Assembly: GCA_963667175.2 (NCBI GenBank)
Contig: CAXXXF010000013.1
Coordinates: 96,001-160,000 of the forward strand
Source: Candidatus Latescibacterota bacterium
Lineage (GTDB): Bacteria; Latescibacterota; UBA2968; GCA-2709665
Reading direction: 5' to 3'
Length of the DNA stretch: 64,000 bases
In this document: positions 37,931 to 48,725 of the stretch, piece after piece
How the letters are laid out: each line of letters begins with the position of its first letter
How positions within the stretch are numbered: position 1 is the first letter of the stretch
Made by a program: the position numbers and the translations under genes
The notes under the pieces: model-generated
What the model was told of the DNA's origin: nothing
Seen by the model: the letters and a program-made list of their open reading frames with translations, nothing else
Databases searched by the model: none

Positions 37931-38392
37931 TCAATGCACTGGGAAGAAGACGTCGGTGCGCCATTTCGACGGGTCGGGCTCCTCGCCCGGATCCGTCATA
38001 TAGACCTCCCATGGCGCTCCCGCCGCCTGCAAACCCGACTCGTCCATCCATTCCTTCAGCGCCGACCATGTCTGCCCCAACTGCTCGTATGGCCCCATAT
38101 GGGTAACGGTTGCGACCTTTCCCGCGGGCAGTTCACCCGGTCGGACCCTTTCGGCGCCCTCTACTGCCGAAGCCACCGGCATCCCGCATTCCATTTCCAG
38201 CTTTTCGGAGTCCATCTCGTGGTAAACGGTAAAGGGCATTCCCGCCGGCGCAAGACCGTTCCGGGTGAGATATTCCATGATCTCGCCGAAAAGAGCGCCA
38301 ATGACCTGGGCGATCTCCTCCATCGAGGTTGTGGCGCGGATGCCAACAAAGGGCTGCGACTCGACTTCCGTTGTAGCGAAATTCAAACGCAT
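37931..38392 (-). CDS. GyrI-like small-molecule binding protein
   Basis: 'LPAGKVATVTHMGPYE', 'PWEVY..DP', 'WRTDV..P'. Confidence 0.85.
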   Translation of the reverse strand: MRLNFATTEVESQPFVGIRATTSMEEIAQVIGALFGEIMEYLTRNGLAPAGMPFTVYHEMDSEKLEMECGMPVASAVEGAERVRPGELPAGKVATVTHMGPYEQLGQTWSALKEWMDESGLQAAGAPWEVYMTDPGEEPDPSKWRTDVFFPVH

Positions 38393-38485
38393 CGATGGCT
38401 CCTCAATGATCAGGGTGTTTTCGGACCGGAGTTCAAATCGTCCGTGTAAGGCGGCAAGACCTGGCAGGGCGCCGCGGCCGGCTGC

Positions 38486-38899
38486 TCAATCTTCGTCGTC
38501 CGCGTCTTTCACCACAAAGTCCAGCGCCGCGGAGTTCATGCAGTACCTCAACCCCGTGGGCCGAGGTCCGTCGTCGAACACATGCCCGAGATGGGCGTCG
38601 CACCGGCTGCACTTCACCTCCGTCCGCACCATGCCGTAGGACGAATCCGCTTCGGTTTCCACGTTTGCGTTATCCGTCGGCGCCCAGAAGCTGGGCCAGC
38701 CCGTACAGGAATCATACTTGGTGTCCGAACGGAAGAGTTCGTTTCCGCAGCACACACAAAGGTAGATCCCCGTCCCCTTGAAGTCGTGATACCGGCCCGT
38801 AAACGCCCGTTCCGTTCCGCTTCTTCTCGTTACGTGGTACTGTTCCGGCGTGAGCATCTGCCGCCATTCCTCGTCGGTCTTCTCGATTTTTTCCGCCAA
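38486..38899 (-). CDS. msrB: Peptide-methionine (R)-S-oxide reductase
   Basis: 'GTERAF', 'CVCCG', 'GWPSF', '[20 protein letters not shown]'. Confidence 0.95.
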   Translation of the reverse strand: MAEKIEKTDEEWRQMLTPEQYHVTRRSGTERAFTGRYHDFKGTGIYLCVCCGNELFRSDTKYDSCTGWPSFWAPTDNANVETEADSSYGMVRTEVKCSRCDAHLGHVFDDGPRPTGLRYCMNSAALDFVVKDADDED

Positions 38900-38920
38900 T
38901 GCGTCCTCCAGGTTGGTCGT

Positions 38921-40720
38921 TTACAATATCTCCGCCGCCATCAACCGGTGCCCGGAAGAGAAATAGAGATCCCTGCCAATGATGGGCCCGGCCGCCGCGT
39001 GGCCGGTCAATCTCTCATCAAATTCCACGATCACGTCAAATGTCAGCGAACCGGGATCAAGCCGGTAGATCAGGGTGTGGGTGAGGCCGTAGATCATCCC
39101 GTCCGGCCCAAGCTGCAGCCCGTTGTCCACCGGGCCGCCCTCCGGCGCGGCGATCCGGTCCGTAAACGCCCGCGTCGCGGGGTCGAACACAAAGAGCTCA
39201 GGTCCCCGCTCATCGCCGCTGAACGTCCCGAACAGCCTTCCCTCCGGTACGGTTGCCAGCGCATTGAAGACGTGTACCGGCGGGTCGGCCGCGCCTTCCC
39301 ACACTTTCTCTTCCCTGTTGTAATCGAAGAGGAAAAGCACGGCCTCGTCCACCCTGGGCTGGGTCCCGCTTCCCGCACTGATGGTTGTGCCGACGGCGAT
39401 CAGAGACTCCGCCTCCAGATGCGCCAGCGTATAGCAGCTTCCGTCTCCCACAATTCGATAATATGCCTTCTTCTCCTCTGTTCCAGGGTCGTAATACGAC
39501 AGCGGCCCGCCCCACATCCCGTAGTCGGGAATGGATGCCAGCCAGACCTTTCCGCCGGGACCCGCCAACGTCGTACGCGGCCGGTACGATATGTCGTCCA
39601 CCCGCCCGATGTCCCATGGGTTGCTGCCCCGGCTTTCGCCGAAACGGTACGGTTGCGACGGATCGTAAATGGAGATTCTCGCACCGGGATACGAGGAGAT
39701 ATATACCTTCCCGTCGAGATTCGCCATCGAATAGGCCTCGCCGGTAGCCGTCGAACAGATGCCCAGGTCCGCGAGGTCGTCCCCGTCCGGGTCGTAGCGA
39801 AACAGCCGCTCCGGCAGGACGCTGGATCCGTAAACGCATCCGTCGGGGCCGCCGTGCAGGCAGAAGATATCCGTTCCGGCCGCCTCGAATTCGATATTGA
39901 AGGTCTTCGCCGCGCCGCCGGGGTCTGTAACTTCGAGAATCCGGCACGTCTGCTCCGCCGCGTCCACGAACCGGAAGGTGCTGCCGTCCGGCAGCTTCGG
40001 CGTGACGGATTCCGCCGGTACGGTTGCTTCCACCGGGACGGCGTCCATGCCCTCCAGACGGAAATTCCCTTCGCTCGATTCAATATAGAGGTTGCCATCC
40101 GACCCGCGGTGAAGGTTCAGCGACCCGTCGCCGCGCGTAACCACCGGCCCGACGGTCCGTTTTTCACCGGTCTTCGGGTCCAGGACGACAACGTGCGGCC
40201 GGGTCTGCATGATCAGCGACGCGACCGTATCGTCGGTATTCACGTGGCAGTAGGCGTACATATCCACTTCGTCCAGCCGTCCGTACCGGGTAAACTCCCC
40301 GGTTTCGGGATTGAAGCTCGTCAGGTCCGCCGTGCCGTAGCTGGAAATCCAGATCAGTCCCCTGGAATCCTCGTCGATGCTGCACGGAAAGATGGCCGCC
40401 GTTCCGTTGATCGTGCCGAAATTCACCAGATCGTCCTGCTCCGGATCGAAGCAGTACAGCTGTCCGGAGTGCGCCGCCCCGATGTACAGCCGCCCGTTTC
40501 GGGCCTGATATACCGCCGTGGTATAGTTCGAATCCGGAACGTCCGGCCAGAATTGACGCAGCCGCCCGGTTTCCGGATCGATCTGCAAGACGAAGAGATT
40601 CGCTGCCTGTTGCGACATCGTCGCATACAGACACGGGTCGCCGGCGCCGTTTCGCCCTGCAAATAACTGCGCCCGGTTTACCGCGCGAACCGGAATGCCA
40701 ACTTCCCTCACCTGCGACAT
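38921..40720 (-). CDS. Hypothetical beta-propeller repeat protein
   Basis: Repeated 'G.DG.(I/V)Y' and 'YDP..G' blade motifs; GGAGG RBS before ATG 40720. Confidence 0.65.
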   Translation of the reverse strand: MSQVREVGIPVRAVNRAQLFAGRNGAGDPCLYATMSQQAANLFVLQIDPETGRLRQFWPDVPDSNYTTAVYQARNGRLYIGAAHSGQLYCFDPEQDDLVNFGTINGTAAIFPCSIDEDSRGLIWISSYGTADLTSFNPETGEFTRYGRLDEVDMYAYCHVNTDDTVASLIMQTRPHVVVLDPKTGEKRTVGPVVTRGDGSLNLHRGSDGNLYIESSEGNFRLEGMDAVPVEATVPAESVTPKLPDGSTFRFVDAAEQTCRILEVTDPGGAAKTFNIEFEAAGTDIFCLHGGPDGCVYGSSVLPERLFRYDPDGDDLADLGICSTATGEAYSMANLDGKVYISSYPGARISIYDPSQPYRFGESRGSNPWDIGRVDDISYRPRTTLAGPGGKVWLASIPDYGMWGGPLSYYDPGTEEKKAYYRIVGDGSCYTLAHLEAESLIAVGTTISAGSGTQPRVDEAVLFLFDYNREEKVWEGAADPPVHVFNALATVPEGRLFGTFSGDERGPELFVFDPATRAFTDRIAAPEGGPVDNGLQLGPDGMIYGLTHTLIYRLDPGSLTFDVIVEFDERLTGHAAAGPIIGRDLYFSSGHRLMAAEIL

Positions 40721-40801
40721 GTCAACCTCCTCCGAAAAGCCGTTGATGCGAGCCCGCTGTCGGCGTTGTGCCCGGAGTCCGGGCCGTTCCCGATTTCCGC
40801 C

Positions 40802-40830
40802 AATATTGATCTTTCCCCGGGCAGTGTCAA
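40802..40830 (-). promoter_or_regulatory. Putative sigma70 promoter
   Basis: Minus strand TTGACA-N17-AATATT. Confidence 0.45.
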
Positions 40831-41007
40831 GGCCCTTCTCACCCCGTGATCCTCTACTCGATTCACCCTCCCGAATGCGTCCTTGGAGAAAACGGAATCT
40901 CAACTTACCTTCGAAAAACGTCCATCTGACCGGCCACCGGCGTCACCTCGGCGATGGCATCGACTTCCACGCCGCGGCGTCCGATTCATCGATTTGAGGA
41001 GACCGGA

Positions 41008-41880
41008 ATGAAACAGCTCAGAGGCATCTGCGCGGCACTTTGCACCCCCTTTACGGACGACGGCGAACACATCGACGAAACCGCGCTGAGACATCATATC
41101 GACTCCATGCTGGAAGCCGGCGTCCACAGTATCCTCATCAACGGCGGCACGGGCGAGTTCGCCTGCCTGCGACCGGAAGAACGCAGGCAGCTGGTCGAAC
41201 TGGCTGCCAAACACATCGACGGCAGGGCCGACTTCGTTGCCATGGCCTCCGCGGTCAGTACGTCGGAGACGATCGAATACGCCAGACACGCGGAAGGCGC
41301 CGGCGCGGACTGCCTCCTGGTACTCCCGCCCTATTTTGAAGGCCCTGATATGGAAGGCGTGTACGAGCACTACGCGGAAATCTCCGAAACCGTCAGCACG
41401 CCCATGATGGTCTACAATATCCCCGTCCATACCGGCATCGACGTCACGCCTGCCTTCTTCAGGCGCCTTATGGAAATCGAAAACATCCAATACATCAAGG
41501 ACAGCATGGCCGACGTTCTGCGCATCCAGGAACTGTTGGCCGTTGGCGCACGGGTCTTCAATGGCGGGGATCCCATCGCCTTCTTCAGCCTGGTTGCAGG
41601 ATGCCCCGGCTGCGTTTGGGGGGCGGTCAACGCCATGCCGAAAGAAGCCGTAGATCTGTACAATCTGGTCGCCGGGGGAAGTCTTGCCGAAGCCCGGGAC
41701 CTCTGGCGCCGCATGTTTCCCGCCAACCGCTTTTTCTGGACCCACGTATACAACGCTTCCGTAAAGGCCGCAACCAATCTGTCCGGCAGACCCGTGGGCC
41801 CGTGCCGCAAACCCGTCAAGCCCCTCACGGAAATTGAAACGGCCGAACTCAGAGAGGCCATGAAACCCCTGCTGGACTGA
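41008..41880 (+). CDS. Dihydrodipicolinate synthase family aldolase
   Basis: 'CTPF', 'NGGTGEF', 'PPYF', 'YNIP..TG', 'IKDS'. Confidence 0.9.
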   Translation: MKQLRGICAALCTPFTDDGEHIDETALRHHIDSMLEAGVHSILINGGTGEFACLRPEERRQLVELAAKHIDGRADFVAMASAVSTSETIEYARHAEGAGADCLLVLPPYFEGPDMEGVYEHYAEISETVSTPMMVYNIPVHTGIDVTPAFFRRLMEIENIQYIKDSMADVLRIQELLAVGARVFNGGDPIAFFSLVAGCPGCVWGAVNAMPKEAVDLYNLVAGGSLAEARDLWRRMFPANRFFWTHVYNASVKAATNLSGRPVGPCRKPVKPLTEIETAELREAMKPLLD

Positions 41881-41885
41881 AAAAA

Positions 41886-41907
41886 AGGGCGCACTCCGAT
41901 GCGCCCT
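41886..41907. terminator. Hairpin terminator between convergent genes
   Basis: AGGGCGCA-ctccga-TGCGCCCT preceded by an A-run. Confidence 0.55.
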
Positions 41908-41986
41908 GTTCACAGCCGGAAACAGGAGATACCCGCCGCCTTTACCCGGCGGCTTCCGGGACAGAAACCTCGCTCAGGCCGGCGCG

Positions 41987-42385
41987 TCACGTCAGATCTA
42001 TGGCGCCGCCCGGCGGCGGCGCGGCCGGCAATCCGCCGGCGCCCGGCACCACGATCCGGGAGGACTCCTGTCGCCGCTTTTCCTTGGCATCCTCCATCAT
42101 CTCCTCCACGGCCCTTGCAAGGGCCTGCGGGAACTTCCGGAGCGCTTCTTCCAGGTCTGCGGCTTCGATGTCGCATTGCACGGGGAGCGGGCCGACCTGG
42201 GACATCAGATGGGTCTGTCCGATAAACTTCTGGCGACGGGACCCGTCCGGAGATCCATCCTGATTTATCGGTACCAGTCTCCGAATCGACGCCACTTTCA
42301 GGTCTGTATAGTTCTCTTCTCGGTACAGGTTGGTCCGATCAACCTGTATCTCGCCCAGCGGCTGCTGTTCGTTTCGGTTCACCAA
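41987..42385 (-). CDS. Conserved hypothetical cytoplasmic protein
   Basis: 'NLYREE..TDLKVASIRRLVP...DGS.D..R..F.G', 'SRIVVPG'; coding-like composition. Confidence 0.7.
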   Translation of the reverse strand: MVNRNEQQPLGEIQVDRTNLYREENYTDLKVASIRRLVPINQDGSPDGSRRQKFIGQTHLMSQVGPLPVQCDIEAADLEEALRKFPQALARAVEEMMEDAKEKRRQESSRIVVPGAGGLPAAPPPGGAIDLT

Positions 42386-42487
42386 CTCTCTCCTTTCAAC
42401 GGGCTGCTCATGTTCTGTCCCGGAATACAGTCGTTTCCGAACTGCCTTACGGATTCTGTGCCTCTTGTGCTTTTTGCGGCGATTGCC

Positions 42488-43138
42488 CTACCGGAATCTC
42501 GACGGCCAGAACGCCTCGGGCGCCGCATTGAACGTCATCTCCTCCCTTCGGGTCGGATGCGACAGCGTGAGCGACCGCGCGTGGAGCGCCAGGCTTTTCT
42601 CCGGAAATCGGATCCTCGATCCATACCGGAAATCGCCGAGAACAGGATGCCCGCGGTGCGCGAACTGAACCCGGATCTGGTGGCGCCTTCCCGTTTCCGG
42701 CCGCACCTCCACCCAGGAAATCCCGCGTTCGAACCGCAATCGCCGGAACCCGAGCACCGCCTCCCGGCCCCTTCCGGACACGGCGCTTGACGGTCCGGCG
42801 CGCAACAGCCGGTCGGCCATCCGGCCCTCTCCCGGCGTCTTCCCCTCCACCAACGCCCAGTACACCTTTCCGATTTTGTGGGCGCGAAACTGTTCGGACA
42901 GTCTGGCAGCCGCCTTGGAGGTCCGGGCAAATACCATGACGCCGGACGTCGGCCGGTCCAGCCGATGCACCAGCCCCAGAAAGGCGTCGCCCGGCTTGTT
43001 GAACGCCTCCTTCACGTACGCCTTGCCGTGTTCCAGAAGCGAAACGTCGCCGGTACGGTCTCCCTGGACGAGCATGCCCGCGGGTTTCCGGACCACCAGC
43101 AGGTGGTTGTCCATATAGATGACGTCAAGAGCATTCAT
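42488..43138 (-). CDS. RluA family pseudouridine synthase
   Basis: 'KPAG', 'HRLDRPTSG', 'TGRRHQIR', 'GD..YG', 'LHA'. Confidence 0.92.
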   Translation of the reverse strand: MNALDVIYMDNHLLVVRKPAGMLVQGDRTGDVSLLEHGKAYVKEAFNKPGDAFLGLVHRLDRPTSGVMVFARTSKAAARLSEQFRAHKIGKVYWALVEGKTPGEGRMADRLLRAGPSSAVSGRGREAVLGFRRLRFERGISWVEVRPETGRRHQIRVQFAHRGHPVLGDFRYGSRIRFPEKSLALHARSLTLSHPTRREEMTFNAAPEAFWPSRFR

Positions 43139-44502
43139 CGCACCCTGTTCAGCCCGTTAAGCGCCGCCACCCGGTATGCTTCGGCCATTGTCGGATAGTT
43201 GAACGTGGTGTTGATGAAGTACATCAACGTATTGCCCGCGCCTTGCTGCGCCATAATTGCCTGGCCGATGTGGACAATTTCCGACGCCTCGGACCCGAAA
43301 CAGTGAATGCCCAGAATCGCCAGGGTCTCCCGATGAAACAGGATTTTCAACATCCCGGTGGTCCGTCCGGTGATCTGGGCCCGCGCAAGATGTCTGAACG
43401 ACGCATGGCCGACCTCGTAGGGGATTTTGTTCGCCGTCAATTCTCTTTCAGTCAGTCCCACGGAACTGATTTCGGGCAGGGTATAGATCCCCGTCGGAAT
43501 GTCCTTGACAAGATGGGCCTCACATTCCCCGAATATCAGGTGGGTGGCCGCGAACCGCCCCTGGTCGTATGCCGCGCTGGCGAGACTGGGGTATCCCGCC
43601 ACGTCGCCGACCGCATAGATGTGTTTCCTGGCGGTCTGGTAGGAATCGTTTACGACAACCGAACCCCGAATGTCCCTCTGAACACCGATCTCCTCCAGGC
43701 CCATGCCGTCCGAATTCCCCGTTCGGCCCTGCGCCCAGAACAGACAGTCGCTGAGGATTTCCTTATTGGATTTGAGGTGCAGGCGCACGCCGTCGTCGTC
43801 CGCAGCCACCCTCTCGTACTCCTCGTTGTGCCTGATCAGCACACCCTGTTCGCGCAGGTGATAGCTGAGCGCGTCCACGATCTCGTCATCCAGAAACGTC
43901 AGCAGCCGATCCAGGCTGTTGATCAGATTCACCTTGATCTGCAGGCCCCTGAAAATGGATGCATACTCGCAGCCGATCACGCCCGCGCCATATATCGTCA
44001 CCGACCTGGGATGGTCCTTAAGCTCCAGAATCGAGTCGCTGTCCAGGATGCGCGGATGTGAAAAGTCCACGTCCGGCGGGTGGTACGGCCTTGCGCCGGT
44101 GGCGATGACGAATCCGTCCGCGCGACAATGTCCCGCGCCCCCGTTCCGAAGGCGAACCAGAATTCGATGACTGTCTTCGAACGCGGCGCGTCCGTGGAAG
44201 ACGTCGACAAAATTCCTTGCGTAGAATCCCTTGCGTAAGTCCACCTGCTGCCGGATGACGCCCTCCGCCTCGCGCAGCAGGTCCTGAAATCGGGAATCAC
44301 GGGTACGGCCCGTATCCACCAGTTGCTGGATCGCGTGGCGCAGCGCCTTGCTGGGAATCGTGGTCTGGTGCGTGCACGTTCCTCCCACCGAGGGCCGGTC
44401 GTCCACCATGGCGACCCTCTTTCCCTCCTTGGTCGCCTTCATCGCCGCCCCCTCTCCGCCCGGACCGCTCCCAATGACGATTACGTCGTAGTGGTTTTCC
44501 AT
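43135..44502 (-). CDS. sthA: Soluble pyridine nucleotide transhydrogenase
   Basis: '[11 protein letters not shown]', '[14 protein letters not shown]', '[14 protein letters not shown]', '[22 protein letters not shown]'. Confidence 0.93.
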   Translation of the reverse strand: MENHYDVIVIGSGPGGEGAAMKATKEGKRVAMVDDRPSVGGTCTHQTTIPSKALRHAIQQLVDTGRTRDSRFQDLLREAEGVIRQQVDLRKGFYARNFVDVFHGRAAFEDSHRILVRLRNGGAGHCRADGFVIATGARPYHPPDVDFSHPRILDSDSILELKDHPRSVTIYGAGVIGCEYASIFRGLQIKVNLINSLDRLLTFLDDEIVDALSYHLREQGVLIRHNEEYERVAADDDGVRLHLKSNKEILSDCLFWAQGRTGNSDGMGLEEIGVQRDIRGSVVVNDSYQTARKHIYAVGDVAGYPSLASAAYDQGRFAATHLIFGECEAHLVKDIPTGIYTLPEISSVGLTERELTANKIPYEVGHASFRHLARAQITGRTTGMLKILFHRETLAILGIHCFGSEASEIVHIGQAIMAQQGAGNTLMYFINTTFNYPTMAEAYRVAALNGLNRVR

Positions 44503-44712
44503 AACGCAGGATTCTCTTCACACGGTTGCAGGAAATAGCTATCGAGGGCCTGCGCCGGCGACTTCGAACCCGTTCCGGCATACCCGGGGCGCCCGATCAC
44601 ACCCGGAATCCCCGGTAAAAGTAAAGGATTGTTGCGCACAATATCAAGCCCTCTCTTGTGTCCTGTCCCGGAATCCGAAAAGCCTTCCGGCCACCTTACG
44701 TGCGCAATAAAT

Positions 44713-44742
44713 AAGGACGCCGATTCAGGAATCGGCGTCCTT
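44713..44742 (-). terminator. Rho-independent terminator of the cold-shock gene
   Basis: AAGGACGCCGATTC-ag-GAATCGGCGTCCTT perfect hairpin followed by an AT-rich tract on the minus strand. Confidence 0.75.
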
Positions 44743-44794
44743 CGAATGGATCGATAGAGGATTCAGATGCGGAAAAATGGACCGTGCCTACCGG

Positions 44795-45004
44795 TTAAAC
44801 CTGCCCCAGTTTCACGACGTCCGCGGCCTGGTAGCCCTTGGGCCCCTGCACAACTTCAAATGAAACGACTTCACCTTCGGTTAACGACTTGAATCCCTCG
44901 CCCTGGATAGCCGAAAAATGCACGAAGACGTCTTCGCCCTCATCCCTTTCGATAAAGCCGTAACCCTTGGCGTCGTTGAACCACTTCACGCGACCTTCTG
45001 GCAC
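44795..45004 (-). CDS. Cold-shock protein (CspA family)
   Basis: '[13 protein letters not shown]', 'DVFVHFSAI', 'GPKG.QA'. Confidence 0.95.
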   Translation of the reverse strand: MPEGRVKWFNDAKGYGFIERDEGEDVFVHFSAIQGEGFKSLTEGEVVSFEVVQGPKGYQAADVVKLGQV

Positions 45005-45147
45005 AGTGCTTCACCACCTTTCAGCGTTAGAATATCGATGAAACCAAAAACGGCAAGGACCGGAACTTCTGATCCTTGCCAGACACACTTCAGGACTGCA
45101 AAGGAGACAGAAACTTCATCCTTCTACGTCATGTTGCCAATTGATGC

Positions 45148-45176
45148 ATAATAATTCATTTTGGTTCAATTGTCAA
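45148..45176 (-). promoter_or_regulatory. Sigma70 promoter of the csp gene, implying a ~135-nt 5' UTR
   Basis: Minus strand TTGACA-N17-TATTAT. Confidence 0.65.
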
Positions 45177-45475
45177 CCCTTTTTAAGCGGTTTTTCCGTA
45201 CAAGTTTTCCTCGCGTGCGTGGACACGTTTCCCGGCAGGATCCACGCGTGGGACGATCCGAACAAGTTATTGATATTCAATATGATATGACGGTTCATTT
45301 CTGAATTCCGGCATGAAATCACCGGCCGGGCGCCGTCAAAGGCGCCGAATTCGTACGAATCCTCCTTTACTCTTGACAGGCGCGAACTCGTTCTCCATTT
45401 TGGTTTTTTCGATCGGCGAACCGATCGAACGTGTCGTGGTTCGTGCACGGTCGTTCTCTTGAGGAAGGAGATCCC

Positions 45476-48400
45476 ATGCCCTCCTGGAACAGCACCGAAG
45501 AGAGAGAATGCAGGCGTCGACTTGAAGAACGGAAGGCAATGTACAGTCGGAGCGCCGGAGACGTCGAACACCCCTGCCTCAGTGTAAGGGACGACAACGT
45601 CAGTATCGCCCGCGCCAATATCCGCCGCCATGACTGGGCGAAAAAGCACTACGAGGGTATGCTCGAACTGGGCGATCACTATGCAGACCGTTCCGACGCG
45701 TGGATTGCCGGTATGGTCCCGGAACCAGGCCCCGCGCAGATCTACGGGACCTTCTGCCCCGTCTGCGGCGCGGACAACACCTACAACATGCGATGGAACG
45801 ATCGCGCTCCGGACAGACTGGTCTGTTTCCACTGCGGCGCCGCCATGACCGACGAGGCGTTTCCGGAAGAGGGGCGCCTCGATCTGCCGCGCTCCGGCCA
45901 GACCCTCACGTATTACATCCGGCCTGAAGAGAAAAACGACCCGGAGTTCACGACCGGCCGAAACGCCTTCGCCTGGGCGGGGCGCCGGGTCCACTCATCG
46001 TACAGCGGCGCCGTCCGGCAGCAGAAGGTCCACCGCATGCCGGCGGTGGCGCGGAACCTGGCCATCCTTTATCGGATGGAAGGCGAGGACCGCTACGCCC
46101 GCGCGTCGGCAGCCGTCCTGAAACGCTTTGCCGCCGTGTATCCCGCCTACCTGTTCCGCGACTACTGGAACACCTACATGGACTGCGATCCCCTGTACGC
46201 GTGCGAACTCATGGCGCAGGACAGGGATATCGCCCGGTACGAAGTCAACCCGTGTCCCGACCAGAACGCGCGTTCGCCAATGAAAAGCGGCAGGCTCATT
46301 CAGACGTTCTGGGGTTGCGGACGCCTGTCCGGCGGCGGCGTGCAGTCCGAAGCCCATTTCATCTCGATGCTGGCCGAAGCCCTGGACCTGCTCTGGGACG
46401 AAAGGGATGGCCGCGGCGCCCTCTACCTCACGGAACAGGAACGCGAGCGCATCGTCAAAGATCTGCTCGTGGAGGGCCTCTTCACCTTTACGCACTGGGA
46501 GGGCATCAACAACAAGGTCGCGGGTTGCCGCGAGGGCGAAGTCGTTCTCGGGCGGTTTCTGGGCGTTCCCGACTACGTGCATCGGGGAGTCGAGGGGTTT
46601 GAGCCATACCTGAACGGGTTCTTCAAATTCGACGGCAGCACGGCAGAAGGCGCCAGCTACTATCTCTATGCCGTGGCCAACGTGCGAAACCTGCCCGAGG
46701 CGGCCCACGGGTATTCCGATCCGCCAGCCTACGCTGGCAGAGACCGTTACGACGACCTCAATCTCTATGCCCCTGGCGGGCCCTACCACACCGTACTCCG
46801 GGCACGGACGTTGATGACCCTGCCCGACGGACGCCTGCCGCACACGGCCGACGCCCGAGAAGGGCCGTCCGATTGGCCGTATCCGGCGTGGATTCACAAC
46901 GTGGGTCTCGTGCGTCTGGGCGACGATTTCGCGCCATTCGTACGCATGGACACGGGGGACGCGTACGCCCTGTTCAACCGGCCGGCGGAACTGCGGTCCG
47001 CCCCTCCGCCGCCGGTACGCGACCGGTTCTTCCCGGGATGGCTGCTGGCGATCTTCAACACCGGCTACGACGGCATGTTCCCGTCCGACCTCACCGGAAC
47101 GGCCACCCTGCTGATGAACTTCTACCAGCCGGAAGGCCACGACCACCCGGACGCCCTCAACGTTGCCATGAACGTGGAGGGCGTGGAAGTCCTTTCCGAT
47201 CTCGGATACATTGGAGACCATCCTCTGAACGCGAGTATCCGAAGCACGCTCAAACACAACCTGGTGGTCGTCGACGAGCAGGAGCAGCTATTACGGGGCC
47301 GGCGGCCTCCCGGCAATCTCCAACTCCTGGCCGCATCGCAGGCGACGAAAGTGATCGAAGCCGACTGCGGCGCCTACGAACAGGCCGAAACGTACCGCCG
47401 CTTCTGCGCCATGGTCCACAGGGGGACCGGCCCTGCCTATCTCGTCGACGTGTTCCGAGTCGAGGGCGGCGCGGTCCACGACTACGCCATCCACGGAGAG
47501 GGCCGCATCAGCGCGCAGCCGGCCGACGACCGGCCGATTCCATTGAGGCGCCGTCCCGGAGTCATGGGGAGAGACATCGAGAAGCTCCGCGTCGGCCGAC
47601 CTGCAGGCCCGTGGACCGTGTCCTGGACCGACAGCGGCATGACCATGCGCGCCAGGCTGATGTCGCCCGTGGACGAAGTCATTGTGGGCGAAGGCCCGGG
47701 ACAGCGGGACCATGCGGAAATCGGCGCCCGTAACGACTACCTCTTCGCGCGCAAGACGGAAGCCGGAAACGGAAGCACGTTTGTGGCCGTGATCGACCAC
47801 TTCCGGAGCGACCCCGACGTCCGCGAGGTTCAACCTCTCTGTCTTCCCGACGACGCCGGCGGACCGGTGGCGATTCGCATCTGCCGCCGGACCGGAGTCG
47901 ACACGGTCATCCAGACCATGGATCAGACCGAACGCACCTATGGAGACGTCGCCTTTGCAGGTCGCGCCGCCGTTTACACCCGGTGTGACGCTACCGGTCC
48001 ATCGCTCTTTCTGGCGGAAGCGACCCGTTTTGCTTCCCCCGACCTGGCCGTCGACCTGGATGCAGACTCGATCAAGGGGGAAATCTCGGATTGCGACGAA
48101 TCCGGGTTCAGGATCGGCGAGACCCTCCCGTATCCCGATGCCCTCGCGGACCATTTCGTCCGGGTACAGGATCCCGAGCAGGGCTGCTGGACGGCCTACC
48201 GCATCAGGTCCGCGACCGCCGGCCGGATCGACGTGGACGAGTTTCCCTTCAACGCGGGCGTGTCCTGGCAAATCTCCTCGCTCTTCCGGATCGAACAGAT
48301 TTCGGCGGATGCCTTCCTCGTACAAACCACAGCCCCGGCCCGGTTCTCCATCCGGACGCCGCACCGTCGCGCCTTCATCGAACACGAAGACGGCATGCGG

Positions 48401-48496
48401 ACCCACCTGGAGTCGCAGAAAACAGCCGGTATGCTGCCCCTTTCCATCAACCCCCGGACTCTCCAGCCGGGCGGATCCATTTTACGTCTCGAATAG
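45476..48496 (+). CDS. Heparinase II/III-like polysaccharide lyase
   Basis: Helical N-half with 'EGASY'; 'GHDHPDALN', 'DLGY', 'STLKHNLVVVD', 'YLVDVFRV.GG..HDY..HG'; CxxC...CxxC near the N-terminus. Confidence 0.75.
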   Translation: MPSWNSTEERECRRRLEERKAMYSRSAGDVEHPCLSVRDDNVSIARANIRRHDWAKKHYEGMLELGDHYADRSDAWIAGMVPEPGPAQIYGTFCPVCGADNTYNMRWNDRAPDRLVCFHCGAAMTDEAFPEEGRLDLPRSGQTLTYYIRPEEKNDPEFTTGRNAFAWAGRRVHSSYSGAVRQQKVHRMPAVARNLAILYRMEGEDRYARASAAVLKRFAAVYPAYLFRDYWNTYMDCDPLYACELMAQDRDIARYEVNPCPDQNARSPMKSGRLIQTFWGCGRLSGGGVQSEAHFISMLAEALDLLWDERDGRGALYLTEQERERIVKDLLVEGLFTFTHWEGINNKVAGCREGEVVLGRFLGVPDYVHRGVEGFEPYLNGFFKFDGSTAEGASYYLYAVANVRNLPEAAHGYSDPPAYAGRDRYDDLNLYAPGGPYHTVLRARTLMTLPDGRLPHTADAREGPSDWPYPAWIHNVGLVRLGDDFAPFVRMDTGDAYALFNRPAELRSAPPPPVRDRFFPGWLLAIFNTGYDGMFPSDLTGTATLLMNFYQPEGHDHPDALNVAMNVEGVEVLSDLGYIGDHPLNASIRSTLKHNLVVVDEQEQLLRGRRPPGNLQLLAASQATKVIEADCGAYEQAETYRRFCAMVHRGTGPAYLVDVFRVEGGAVHDYAIHGEGRISAQPADDRPIPLRRRPGVMGRDIEKLRVGRPAGPWTVSWTDSGMTMRARLMSPVDEVIVGEGPGQRDHAEIGARNDYLFARKTEAGNGSTFVAVIDHFRSDPDVREVQPLCLPDDAGGPVAIRICRRTGVDTVIQTMDQTERTYGDVAFAGRAAVYTRCDATGPSLFLAEATRFASPDLAVDLDADSIKGEISDCDESGFRIGETLPYPDALADHFVRVQDPEQGCWTAYRIRSATAGRIDVDEFPFNAGVSWQISSLFRIEQISADAFLVQTTAPARFSIRTPHRRAFIEHEDGMRTHLESQKTAGMLPLSINPRTLQPGGSILRLE

Positions 48497-48514
48497 CAGT
48501 CCGTTGAAAAAGTC
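48497..48514. repeat. Solo end of MITE family A
   Basis: ATAG|CAGTCCGTTGAAAAAGTC, matching the family A TIR and starting right after the lyase TAG stop. Confidence 0.6.
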
Positions 48515-48725
48515 GCCCATATTGCGGAAATGCGGCATTGGACAGCCACCCGACGAGCATCCCGGAGGCCCCGGAATTCGAGGGCGATATCAGACTTGCA
48601 ATCCCGGCGGGTATGTTGTAGACTCTTGATATCGGTTTCGCAGGAACGCGCGCGCCGATCCTCGCCGGCATCCGCCGGAACGATACACCTCATCTGCCGA
48701 ACCTTTCTCCAGCGGGATTCCGTCC

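Noticed and set aside
38582-40666. 694-aa plus-strand ORF
   Set aside because: Antisense to msrB and the propeller protein, which have RBSs and motifs.
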